This document shows positions 44,447 to 56,514 of a DNA stretch of 64,000 nucleotides, piece by piece. This stretch comes from Spirogloea muscicola (taxonomy: Eukaryota), in NCBI GenBank assembly GCA_009602725.1, contig WELB01000026.1, positions 221,990-285,989 of the forward strand, given 5' to 3'. Under the pieces are notes generated by a model, which worked only from the letters and a program-made list of their open reading frames with translations, was not told the origin of the DNA and did no database searches. The position numbers were made by a program, and so were the translations under genes. The first letter of the stretch is position 1, and every line of letters starts with the position of its first letter.

Positions 44447-47415
44447 ATGCGCAGGATGTCGGACGAGGTCGCGATACCCGATGCGCAGGCGGACAACGAG
44501 GAGCTCGTGCGCGACATGATGGAGACGAAGCTCGTGCTGCAGGGCCTCCGGCACGGCGGCGAGGCCAGGTACGGCGAGGCGCGCGGGAGGCCGGACGGCA
44601 AGCCCGGTCCCGACGAGGCGCCAGCGCTGTCCCTGCCGTCAGGTTCGTAGCTCTCTAGCGAAGCCGGCCCGGGACGCTTGGTCGCTTGTTGCTGATGGAT
44701 AGGCTCTTCATTTGATGGGTTATCCGCTCACAAGGGGTGCAGATCAGGCTACTGTAGCTTGACTGGCGGTGACTAAGCTCCAGTTGTTCCATCAGTGTGA
44801 CGGATATGAAAGCCGACTGCCTCTGCAGGTCCTCTGTAGCTGGTAACTTAAGTTCCAGCTTAGCTGTTCCAGTCAATGTGATGGATAGGAAAGCGGAGTG
44901 CCTCTGCAGGTCCTCTGTAGCTGGCGAAGTAGTTCTGATGCCCATCAAATGCTGCCCGCCAAATGCTGCAGTGCTCCTCCTGCTGCTGTTCAGCCCACTG
45001 TGGCTGCCGCTGCTGCCCGTGCTCGCCACCTCGCTTTTCATCACATGGCTCGTGCTGGCCGTCAGCTGCCTTGCCATCGCTGTTATGTCCCAGGCAAGCT
45101 CGCTAATATGCACCCCGGCACAGGCCTCTCGCCACTCCAATACACCTACTACACAGTCATTTGTGGAGACTTGGCATGTACCTGGCATCAGCTTTGGTGT
45201 GGATGTTGGCTTGTAAGCAGGACATGGTCTATGGGTATCACATTGTCGGCTGCTAAGCCTTGGGTTTTTACAACATCGCACTACGTTGCACTGAAGAACG
45301 AGCTCCTCTGCAGGTCTTTGAGCCTCCGCCCATAACGGCACCCCGCATCAAGCTGCCGGATGGCCGCTCAGTGGCCTATCGTGAGCAAGGGCTACCGGCA
45401 GACAGGGCCCGCCATACCATCCTTGTGCTGCATGGAGGGCCAGACTGCCGCCTCACTGGCATTCCCGGTATCAAGTATGTCATGCAAGCAGGCCCTCCTT
45501 CCGACGACCTTGCCTCCTGTGCTCGTTCTGAGGGACAACTAGGTGCCTAGATCATAAACCCTAAACCACTTCCCCTAAATCCCAATCCCAAATCCACACT
45601 GGTATTAATTTGTTCATTGATTATCACATCTCTGAGGCTGGCTTGATAATTGCGGTTGAGAAAGACAAAGAGAGTGGCAACGAGTGGGCTTTGTGTTGCT
45701 CACTTCATGTCATCCTTTGTCGGCCTCCTGTGATTTCGCTATCGTTGCTTCCTACAGAACAGGTCTGCTGGAGGAGTTTGGCGTTCGACTTGTGAGCTAT
45801 GACAGGCCAGGGTACGGCCAGAGCGATTACTTTCCAGGTTGTCATGTTGCTGCCTGTTGTTTTGGCGGCATACATTAGCTCGCCCTGTGTGAAGCAGCAG
45901 TGCAGCCTGTAGTCGTTCTCATGTGGGCATATGATAGTACAGAGAAGCGTGTCAAGCTGTATAATATTCAAGTGCTTATTGCTGATGTTCTCTTGATGAG
46001 ATTCTCCTTGCCAGGGTGGAGTCTTACGTCCAGTGTGATTGACCTTCTGGAACTTGCCGACGAGCTCAAGCTGGGTGACAAATTTTGGCTCTTGGGATAC
46101 TCAGGCGGAGGCCCGTATGCTTGGGCCGCTGCCAAGTACATACCTGAGAGGCTGGCGGGCATAGCCCTCTGGGCGCCCGACGGCAACCCTTGGTGGCCAT
46201 CTATTGCTGCAAACGCTAAGGTGAAGCAGCTGCTTCTATACTTGTTCCCTTCAAGCGGGCCGCGTTTTCTGGCCTCAGATAGTGGCTCAGTTCATGTCAT
46301 GACTACTGGGCTCCAGCTTCGACATCGTTCTCACTGCACCAATGTTAGCGCAAGTGCCATGGTCATCTGTCAGATGCAAGCAGGCAGGTGTAAGGGACAT
46401 GGTGTCCAACAGTTTACATTCTATTACAGGGTTAAGCTTTTAGGCCAAGGTTGTAAGACTGTTATTGTCTGTCCCCTCGCTGCAATTGCAGGTTTGGAAG
46501 CAGATGCCTGTTGCCGCCAGGGTTAGATACCTCGTCTCACGCCATCTTCCAACCGTGCTTCCGCCATGGCTCGTCCCCTACCTCATCCCGACGTGGTTTG
46601 TCAGATGCTTCATTGTGCCCTTTATGAGGCCGCTTCTTCTGTACATGTTGCTGCTTTATGAGGGACACCGAGACCAGCGGAAGCTCCGGCAGAGGAGGAT
46701 GCTCCAAGCCTTGGCCTGTATGACTCAGTGGTCTTGCAACACGGCGTGACCATTTTTTGCGAGATTGTCTTTTCCATTTCAGGAGGTTGTGAACCTGATC
46801 AGAGAATGACTATTTCCTGCAGTGTCTTCTTGAGTGATTTTCAAGACACTGTACATGGGCCCAGCAATCAGTCAGACTATGACGAAGTTTCTGCATGATG
46901 ACAGATACTGTGCGGGAGTCCTTGAGGCAGGGCAAGGTTCAAGCTGTGTATGAGGATCTCATCTTGTCAACCCAAGACTGGCCGTTTGACATAGCAGAGC
47001 TGAGATCGTTCACAGGCCCTGTCCACGTGTGGCAGGTACAGTGATACAAGAGGCACTGCCTGGACCCATAGCTTTTTCATGTTGAAAGCAAAGGCAGAGG
47101 TTGTGTAGCAAGCTGTACGCTGCGGCTGTGGCACTGAAAGGCTGAGGCTTCGCTCCGACACTGTTTGCCCAGGGCACGGACGATCGAGATGTGCCATTCA
47201 GCCTGAACGAGGCTGCAACTAAAATTCTGCCAACCGCAGTGCTACATGCGCTCCCACGGGAAGGGCATTTCTCTTGGTTTTGCTTTAACGACAGTGGCCA
47301 TCGCGAAGTATTACAGACGCTCCTGGGGCACCCACAAGGGCCCGCAGTGGCAGAGGCAAGCCAGGCTGCGCAGGATTTACTGGATAACACGCTGATTGAC
47401 GAGATGGAAGACTAG
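44447..47415 (+). CDS. Alpha/beta hydrolase (plant family) with N-terminal extension and TM segment, multi-exon
   Basis: PPITAPRIKLPDGRSVAYREQG, VSYDRPGYGQSD, LGDKFWLLGYSGGGPYAW (GxSxG), VHVWQ|GTDD, LPREGHFSWFC. Confidence 0.87.
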
Positions 47416-48530
47416 AGAAGTTGGCAGCCCTTTTGTTTCGTCTTACTTCCTACAACCTTTAGTTGAAGGTGGACTTTGATAGGATCTGCTGCAGATCTAG
47501 CGTGCAGGATGCTAAGTCCATGATAGGATTTTAAGCAGCACTTGCCAGGTGTAGACGCTGCTTGTGCCAATGAAGGTTCTGATAAGTGCTCTGCAAGCTT
47601 GTGGTAGATCTGCTGTAGGGTGTAGAGCTGCATTGTCAGGTGCATGATAGCATGGGTGATAGTGTTTGCTTTTGAGATGTAGATTATTCATTGCAAGTCA
47701 TTGCCATGCACGATGTGCCAGGGAGTAGGGGAAGAGGGCTCCAGCTTTCTTCAGTAACTAAACATGCCTCCTCACTGTGCGAATGGAGAAGTCATTTGCA
47801 ATCCGCCGCTTACCTTCTTCAAATGCAGTTACTTGCACTTTACGCAATACCTGCCAGCTTGTTTGCCCTGTGTTCGCCTGCTACTGCTCACTGTAGAAAG
47901 GCTTCTGATGATGCAGTTTGCTTGAGTGTTTCATCTGGAGAAGCCACCTCTCTCTATAGAAAAGGCTGCGAGCTTTACCATCCACCTCACATCTCCTTCC
48001 ATTTGGATGCCTCGTCATTACATCACATTGCAAGCTTGATTTATCAGGCCTTCTGAGGTGGTAGTGACGGACTTTTGACCTTCACCTCAGAGCTTCGGTA
48101 ATTAGGGTAATGCTGGTGCTAGTAGCATAGGCCAGCGGTAAAGCCAGGCTTACATCAGAAATCTGTTACCCTCACCTCGAGCGTTATACTCAGCATCGAG
48201 CTGCAGACTGGGCATGTAGGGCCCTCTAGGGTTAGCTGAGCAGCAGGTGATGAACATCTGTCCATGTGCTTGCCTTTGTACTTGGCCTAGGGGCCCTCTA
48301 TCACTTGGAACAAACTCTAGTACCCGCGTATTAGCATTAGACAGTCAGACGAGCCGAGAGGACGAACAGAGACCTCGCATGTACATCCCAGAGGCTGCTA
48401 CAAAGAGCAGCATGTTGTTCACGTAATGTTCACCTCTGGTCTCACTCGTTGCAGCCAAGCGCTGCGTCAGTGCAGAGCGCCGGCTCTCCGTGGTCGAAGC
48501 TCGCCACTGCAGCTCGGCTCCGGCGCCGCC

Positions 48531-51500
48531 ATGGCGCCCCTGGACCCGCACTCGTACGCTGACGGCGACCAGCCGCTGACGGAGTCCGTGGAGCTGCGGC
48601 TGCGCATCGACTTCGAGGCGCGGGCCATCGCGGGCACGGCCACGCTGCAGCTGGCGGCGCCGGCGCGCGGCGCGCTGGACCTCGACACGCGTGGCCTGGA
48701 GATCGAGGCGGTCGCCGCCAGCCCGTCCGGCACGCCGCTGGAGTACGAGCTCGGCCAGCCGGATGGTGAGAGCGCTCACATTAGGGTTACGGTTATGATC
48801 AGGTTAAGGTTAGGGTTTGAGGATGTAGCCGCCGTCGCAGCCTTGCTGCGCTCTGCCGCGGCCGCTGCCCCTGCCTTAATGACTGGTTAATGTGGCTGCT
48901 GATAGTAAAAGAGCGGCTGTTAAAGACAGCCAGGTGGACACAGAGGGTGTTCATGACTACATTAGCGGAGCCACAGGCTAGGGTTTAGAGTTGAAGGACA
49001 GAGGTTTAGGGACAAAACAGAGGTTGACAGAGGCCAAATGGGGTTAATGTTGCCTCTGCACTGATGCTTCTTCCAAAGGTGGAGTGAGTACCGAGTGATG
49101 GACTGAGTGGCCCGATACAAAGGCAAGCACATTGACATTGACAGGTGTACATCGCCTGCTGCTAAGCTGACCCGCTCAGTGACCACGAGTCAGCAAGCAG
49201 AGGTTTGCTTCAACACCGGCAGCTGGCCAAGCGAGCCAAGCACTGGCGGTCTTTCCGTCGAGGCAACCGAAAGGACAGTGTCTAACAGTGGTGACAGTGG
49301 TAATGTTAATAACAGGTAACAGGGTTTTTAATAATGGTAATGTCAGTGGTAGTTATTCAGTAACTTGTGTGCGCAGTTATCAAGGGCCGGCGGCTGCGTA
49401 TCAAGCTGGAGGGCGACGCAGTGGCGGTGCAGTATCGCACTACGGCCGCCTCGACGGCGCTGCAGTGGCTGGCTCCGCCGCAGACGGCCGGCGGCGTGCT
49501 GCCGTACGTGTTCACGCAGTGCCAGGCCATCCACGCCCGCTCTGTCTTCCCCTGCCAGGACACTCCTCGGGTAACATATCTCTAACACTCACTCCTTAAC
49601 CTAAACCTTAATATGCAACTCCCAGCTAAGTCAGTGCACCTTTGTTGGCCACTTCCTCGGCTGCTGTGATGTGGGTTTACTTGCAGGACATGGGTCTTGC
49701 TCTGTGCATGCTGCATTCCCCCAATAATCACAATCATGTGCTGGAAAGGCATGGGAAGGCATTATACTGGCTGCAGATGGTGGTTGCAGGCTCGAATCAA
49801 GTACAAGGCGGATGTGGAGGTGATGGCCGCGGCGCGCGTGGTCATGAGCGCGGCACATGTGGGCCGTACTACCTCCGTGGACGGCGACACAATCATCGAG
49901 TCTTTCAGAATGGAGCAGCCCATTCCTCCCTATCTGTTTGCACTTGCGGCAGGTGGCCTCGATCTCCATCACCCTTGCACCAAGAGTATTAGTAACATAT
50001 CCATGACAGCATACTGCACACTGCTCGTTAAGAACGGCAGTGTGCTTGCTGCATGACATATCACCTTCTGCTGAGGTCAACACACAGATCTACACATGCC
50101 ATTTCGATGTAGCCTCAAACACTCTGATGTGACATACCAAGTAAAACTGATCTCTGTTGCTCTCAGGAGGTATTGGTTCTAGACAGCAACAAGCACAGGT
50201 GACATGCACTAGCTGCATCAGACAGGTCATGCAGCTATGGGTGGTCTGATGGACTGTCTTTGGGCCGGCAAGCAGGCGACATAAAGCATCAGGACCTGTC
50301 GCATCGCTGCCGTGTGTACGCGGAGCCGGCAGTTCTGCAAGCAGCGGCGTACGAGTTTGCCGACGTGGAGAGGATGGTAGAGACAGCGGAGGAGCTGTTT
50401 GGCCCTTACGACTGGGAGCGCTTTGACGTGCTGGTGATGCCGCCGTCCTTCCCTTTCGGCGGCATGGAGAATCCACGCATGGTGTTCCTGACGCCCACAC
50501 TCCTTGCTGGTGACCGCTCGCTCGTGGGCGTTGTGGCGCACGAGCTCGCGCACAGCTGGACGGGCAATCTGGTCACCAATGCAACCATGGACGATTTCTG
50601 GCTGAATGAGGTGAGGAATGCCTATGATACTGTGATATCAAAAACTAGCAACCATGATGGACAGGCCTTGGAAGGCTGGCATGTACTGACATTGTAACTG
50701 CTGGTCCTCGACTATTCTGCCATAATTGTCCACAGCTGACAATGTCAAAAGCTCCATCTTTCTGTCACTTTGCCGGCCTCATTAAGGCTTGTGGGTCAAG
50801 TGGCCAGGGATTCACCACATATGCAGAACGGCGGATACAAGAGGCTCTGGAAGGGCCAGACCGCCTCGCCATGCACTCTACGATCGGGTGGAATGGACTT
50901 GTGGAGGAGGTGCGGCGCTTCAAAGACCAGCCGCAGTTCACCAGGCTGAAGATGAACCTAGAAGGCATCGACCCAGATGAGGTCTACAGCGAGGTCCCAT
51001 ATGAGAAGGGCTTTCTTTTCTTGAAAAGAATTGAGAATGAGGTATGCTGCAAAGTGCCACACAGCACGCCACTGACACAAAGGCGTCAAATTGCAGGAAG
51101 CAGTGGTATAGTTGCCGGATCAGAGCTCAAGTCTAAGGGCATACAAGCAAGACCCCTCACTTACCGCCAGTCTCCGCATTTGGAAAATAGATCAAGTACT
51201 TGACATGCATCAGCAAGTATGAGCTGACTTGCAACGTGTAAGTGCAGGTCGGGAGGCCACGCTTCGACGCCTTCCTGCGGAAGTATATAAGTGCCTTCCG
51301 CTTCCAGTCGATCACCACGGAGACGTTCCTTGCCTTCCTGTCAGCAGAGCTGCCAGGCATTGGCGACGCCGTCGACTTACACGAGTGGGTGCAGGGGACA
51401 GGCATTCCAAGTGACGCTCCGCGGCCGGCCTCGGCAGCTCTGGAGCACATCAAAGCCCTAGCGGAGGGTGGCCAGGAGCTCACCGCCGAGGACACGGCGG

Positions 51501-52027
51501 CGTGGCAGGCACTCGACTGGCAAGTCTACCTCGAAGCGCTACCGCGGGTGCTCGACCATGAGCGTGTGGCGCGCCTCAACGAGCGCTTCCACCTCTCAGA
51601 GTCGACCAACTCGGAGATTCGGTCCGCTTTTCTCACAATTGTCGCCCATTCAGGTACTCCTTGACTCCACGACTCCATGCACGCCTGCGTCTTTTAAGAT
51701 TGTCATAACCATTCTTCAGCGTCCTGCACAATTTTTGAAGACAGTCTAGTCACAGACGTGAGACAGGGACGCCCTTCTTTCTCGTCTATGACTGATTGCT
51801 CACTTCATAATGCTTGTGCAGAGTATAAATTGTGCTACGAGGCAATCGAGCGTTCGCTGGCGAGCAACGGGCGGATGAAGTACCTCAAGCCGCTGTACAC
51901 TGGTCTCCTGCAGGGCGCTGCTGGGTCCAAGGCCTTCTCGCGGCGTGTGTTCGAGGACAACAAGCTTCGATATCACCCGATTGCCAAGGACGTCATTGAG
52001 GGCGTCCTCTCCAAGCATGGCGCCTGA
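48531..52027 (+). CDS. LKHA4: Leukotriene A4 hydrolase-like M1 (leucine) aminopeptidase, multi-exon
   Basis: [53 protein letters not shown]...WLNEGFT (HEXXH...E), [15 protein letters not shown]. Confidence 0.94.
48889..48977 (+). repeat. Dispersed ~90-bp element, copy C (LKHA4 intron 1, flanked by TAGGGTT tracts)
   Basis: AATGTGGCTGCTGATAGTAAAAGAGCGGCTGTTAAAGACAGCCAGGTGGACACAGAGGGTGTTCATGACTACATTAGCGGAGCCACAGG. Confidence 0.8.
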
Positions 52028-52880
52028 AACTAGGCCCTCCTCCAACGGGTTCTCTTTCTGACCTCCAACAACCGGTTCTAGGAGGTCCTTTGCTGATCAC
52101 TTCCTGGAGGGCGTGCCAAGGGCTGCTACACATTCTCTAAGTGTCTGTCCTAGGTCACTGTACTTGATGCTTACTGCCGATTTCATTATATGCTTCTGCT
52201 GAAGCTCCAGGTCAAGTCAAATTTATGCTGCAGTCCTTACCAAGCAGCAGGGACTGTGATTTGCATGGCCCTTTATGAGGCTTGCCCAAGGCTCATGCAG
52301 GGACCGAGCAGAATTACACTCAGGTTCCACTGAAGACCTTCAGCAGCACGTCAACTGCGTAAGCCGAATTGGCTGCCACATTTCTCATTTCAGATTTTGT
52401 CCACAAGTCAGACCTACAACTGTTACCACAGCTCATGACCCCATTGCAGTTTTCACAGCCGACCCGAGTCTTGCAGAACTTGCCGCGCAAGCCAAGTCCT
52501 CCTTGCTCTGGCAGAGCACCTTACCTACGGCCCGTCTGTTTCCTGCCGAAGTGCTGACTTGCACAATAGCTACTCCTTAATTGCTCTATTGCACGTCAGC
52601 TCTTGTGTGTGCAAGATGGGGGGAATATCTCCTCTATCCTTTGCACCTTGCCGCTGATTTCCGAGCTGGCTTCTCTCAGCCCTCGCCCCCGTTGGATGAG
52701 CTCACTATTTACCTCGACCTTCCGTCGATCATGGCGCCCTGACCTATCTAGAGCCATTAGCGAGACAGAATCTGGTGCTGCGCAAAAGCTAACAAGGTGC
52801 AGAGCCAGACGGCCCTATCCGGTTAGGGCTGGATTAGGTCGGCCTCGGCGCAGGCCGCCCCGCCAGCCCCGTGCCTGGCC

Positions 52881-55800
52881 ATGGCGTCGGCGGAAACGGC
52901 GGCGTCGGCGGCAGCGGCGGCGGCGGCGGCTCCGCACTGGCGCNGCGGCGGCGACGGCGGGCTTGCGCGAGTGGCCGGCCTTCTACCCGTGGGAGAAGGC
53001 GAGCGCGCACACCGCATCTTAGGGTTTTGGGTTAAGGGTCTAGGGTTCGAGCCCACTGCGGAGCCCGCTCGGCCTGGAGGACCTGCCGACGCTTATGCTG
53101 GCCTTGCCGGCGGGGCGCCGGGCGATCTGCGGAGTGACAAGGAGGAGGACACTGTCGTGAAGCCTAAGTGAAATCTATTAGCTAAAGTCACAAATTCATG
53201 GGACTAGGATGGGGGCCATCAGCGCTGCCACCCGAACCCTAAAACCCTAAACCCCGAACCTTCTGAAAACCAAACCCCTAGGACCCATACCCCCCGAACC
53301 CTAAACCCTAAACCATAAACCCTGGACCCTAATGCCTAACACGGCCTCGCACGGCTCTGCAGGTGAAGCTGGGCGGCGTGGCGGTGTCGCCCATGGGTCT
53401 GGGGACGTGGTCGTGGGGCAACCAGCTGCTGTGGGGCTACAGCACCGCCATGGACGGCGAGCTGCAGGCCGCCTTCGACGCCGCCGTCGCCGCCGGCGTC
53501 AACCTCTTCGACACCGCCGACTCGTACGGCACCGGCCGGCTCAACGGCCGCGCTGAGCTGCTGCTCGGCCGCTTCATCCGCGAGTACCCCGGTGGGCGTT
53601 CCTGCTTGCTCTGCACTTGGACACGCCCTTAATTGGAGGTTCTAAGCTGTTAATGATTGCAAGTCTACTTTTGGGTCTCACTGGAACGACAAAAGCCACA
53701 GGCATTGCCGGTAATTATGCAACTGTCGTCTGCGCACTCTCCTTATCTGCCGTCAAGCAGGCCTTCAGCCGACCTGCTCACCGGACTTTGGCCTCTTGGG
53801 CATTCAGATGCATCATGATGCACCAATACCAGCTCCTAGAATGCTGAGTTGTACTTTCCAGGTTAGGAGTTCATGGAGTAATATTAATGGCAGCAGAAGC
53901 CAGACAGCAGTTGCAGCTACAGCAAGTGGTTGAGTCCCCCTTGCTCTTGCTCTTGACGCGCTCACAATTGGCCTCCTCTTAGGGCGTTAACCCGATTGAC
54001 GAGCCCCCTGATCTTGCCCCTGGCAGCTGGTCCACAGGCTCAGAGCGAGTGCGGCAGCGAGTGAGGGTGGCTACCAAGTTCGCCGCCTACCCCTGGCGGT
54101 TGACGACTGCGCAAATGGTGGCAGCTTGCAGGTTAGCAAGCTTGTCTGTTTGTCAACGTCTTGTATCTCGTGGATTTTGTCGCTCTCATTTCATGCCCTC
54201 AGCTACAAATATACTTTGCAGATAAGCGGCAACAACATGTCACAGCTACTTGATCGCGATGTTTGGCCTTACTGCTGAGTCCTATACGACTGCTAGGGGC
54301 TCGCTGAGACGGCTTGGCGCGGACAAGCTCGCGGTGGGCCAGCTCCACTGGTCGGCAGCCAAGTATGCACCGCTCCAGGAGCGCGTCCTTTGGGACGGCC
54401 TTGTCGCCATGTACGAGCAGGTGCTGCCGCCACTCAGTCGAAACATGTCATATATCAAAGTCATATGACAGTCATTACCGGAGAGTCTTGTAGCACAAAA
54501 GAGCGCCTCTTATGCGAAGACATTCAGAAGTAATTACTTCTCCATGGCTGTGAGGAGGGGTCCACTCGCATTCCTGAGATGGTGATGTCAGGGCATAGAA
54601 TTTGGACTCGATAACGTCTAGCTGAGTTGCTCAGACATTGTTCATATCGAGCAGCATGTACGTCGTTCCCGAGGTTGCAAAGCAACTGCTCTGGTGCGAC
54701 TGCGCAGGGCCTGGTTGAGGAAGTCGGCGTCAGCAACTACGGGCCGAAGCAGATGCTGAGAATACACGATTATTTGCGCGCCAGGGGAGTGCCGCTTGCG
54801 TCTGCACAGGTCTGCTTGCTGTGGCCTCCCTATCTTACCGAACTCATGAGGTAGTGACATGTCTCCTAGTATTTATAGATAGCTTTGCTAGAGAGACTTA
54901 GGGAAGAGTGGAGCTGCTATTTGCAGCCATCTGGTGCTAGGAGCAGGCTTTTGGCAGGTGCGTTGTCATGGCGGACCTGAGCTTTGCCAATTGTTCTGAC
55001 TAGTGATACCCAATGCATGGCCTCGCCAATTGTGCAGGTCCAGTTCTCGCTCATCAGCCGTGGTCCAGAGCAGATGGATGTGAAGGCTATCTGTGACGAC
55101 CTTGGCATCCGGCTCATCTCGTACAGCCCCCTTGGGCTGGGCATGCTGACTGGGAAGTACGGAGGAGATCAGCTACCCAAGGGCCCTAGGTACGAGCATA
55201 ATGAGAGAGTCAACATGCTCCTAAGCCTAAAGGCCATACCCCTTATACTTGAGTGTAATGCAAGCCTCCCTGACTCATGATTTAGCACACCTCACATTGC
55301 CACGGGGCAGTATATGCCAGTTGCCCTGCTTAATGCACGTATAGAACGCCACGTATAGAACGCCTTCACCCCATCATCGGCTCCTGTAACATCTACTTAT
55401 TCTGCTCACAATGTCTTGAGGTCAAAAACTCAACAAGTAGTCAGCAGTATTGAGCTCACCCTGTACTGGGGCATTAGTACAAAAGCTTGGTGAGCCAGCA
55501 GGCATGCTCACCAGCTTTTTCTCATCAGAGGGCACTTACATCTGTCCCCTGTGCCTCTGTGACTGCAGGAGCTTGCTCTTTAGGCAGATTCTTCCAGGAC
55601 TTAAGCCACTTTTGCAGACAATGCAGGAGATTGCGGCGGCGCGAGGGAAGTCTGTCCCCCAGGTATATCAGTCCCCTCGATGTCGCTAGGACAGTGGCTT
55701 CATTGTGCACTATAAAATAATTGGTGTGTACACTTCATAAATCTTTGTGGGACTGTTGGGCCTCTGAAGTTGTACTGAGAAGCATCTACCTTGCAGTACA

Positions 55801-56077
55801 GTATGTGATGTCTGCTGTGTCCGGCCCTTGGCTTAGTCGGCTCACATTGTTGTGTCAAAACTTTGATCGCTGATCAAGCATATTACTGCAGGTTGCCCTC
55901 AACTGGTGTATGCGGAAGGGCACTATACCGATTCCTGGTGCTAAGAGCTTGGAGCAGGTCAAGGACAACCTAGGGGCGCTAGGCTTTCGGCTGAACAGCG
56001 GCGAGGTGGCCGCGCTCGACGACGCTGCTGACCAAATTCCTCGCGGCATGATCCAGAACATCTTCCAGACAAAGTGA
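52881..56077 (+). CDS. PLR1: Pyridoxal reductase (aldo-keto reductase), multi-exon; the frame break at N52944 is likely an assembly artefact
   Basis: PAFYPWEK|VKLGGVAVSPMGLGTWSWGNQLLWGY, FDTADSYGTGRLNG, ATKFAAYPWRLT, QLHWS, VGVSNYGPKQ, ISYSPLGLGMLTGKY, ending MIQNIFQTK*. Confidence 0.9.
53233..53331. repeat. Degenerate telomere-like (CCCTAAA)n cluster in PLR1 intron 1
   Basis: CGAACCCTAAAACCCTAAACCCC...GAACCCTAAACCCTAAACCATAAACCCT. Confidence 0.75.
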
Positions 56078-56514
56078 ATCGGCATAGACAGGGTGGGGCT
56101 GTGTAACACTAGAGAGGGCATGCTCTTGCACTGTGGTCCTGCATGCAGCTGTGCTTCAGGGCGGCACGGAGCACGCACTTGACTGGGTGCTGGGCCCTAT
56201 GCGGAGGGCTTGTCTTTGGGTGAATGAGTGTATGATGGCCGCAACGATGCATTTGGTTCACAGGCAAGCACGACTTGCAATTGCTGGGAGCACTTGACTA
56301 CTATGCAAAGTGATGCTCCATCTCCAGTGGTCAATCCAGTGGATCTTGGACGATCAAGATAATCCTCAAGAGTAGGCTATGTTGATAGCAACAGGCTGCC
56401 TTGTACTTATGAGGCCCTTGAGCTTGAACCAGCAGGGTGTCATAATAAAAGTGGTGATAAGAGTTCCAGATGTTGCCCTGTAAGGAGCATGCTTGACAGG
56501 TGATTGAGGTTGTC

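Noticed and set aside
44796..44923. Duplicated CTGCAG|GTCCTCTGTAG as alternative acceptors or a micro-exon
   Set aside because: In the phase set by exon 1 they hit TAG at once; the in-frame acceptor is at 44971.
52940..52950. Frameshift suggesting PLR1 is a pseudogene
   Set aside because: It coincides with an N in a GC-repeat tract, and the remaining exons look intact.
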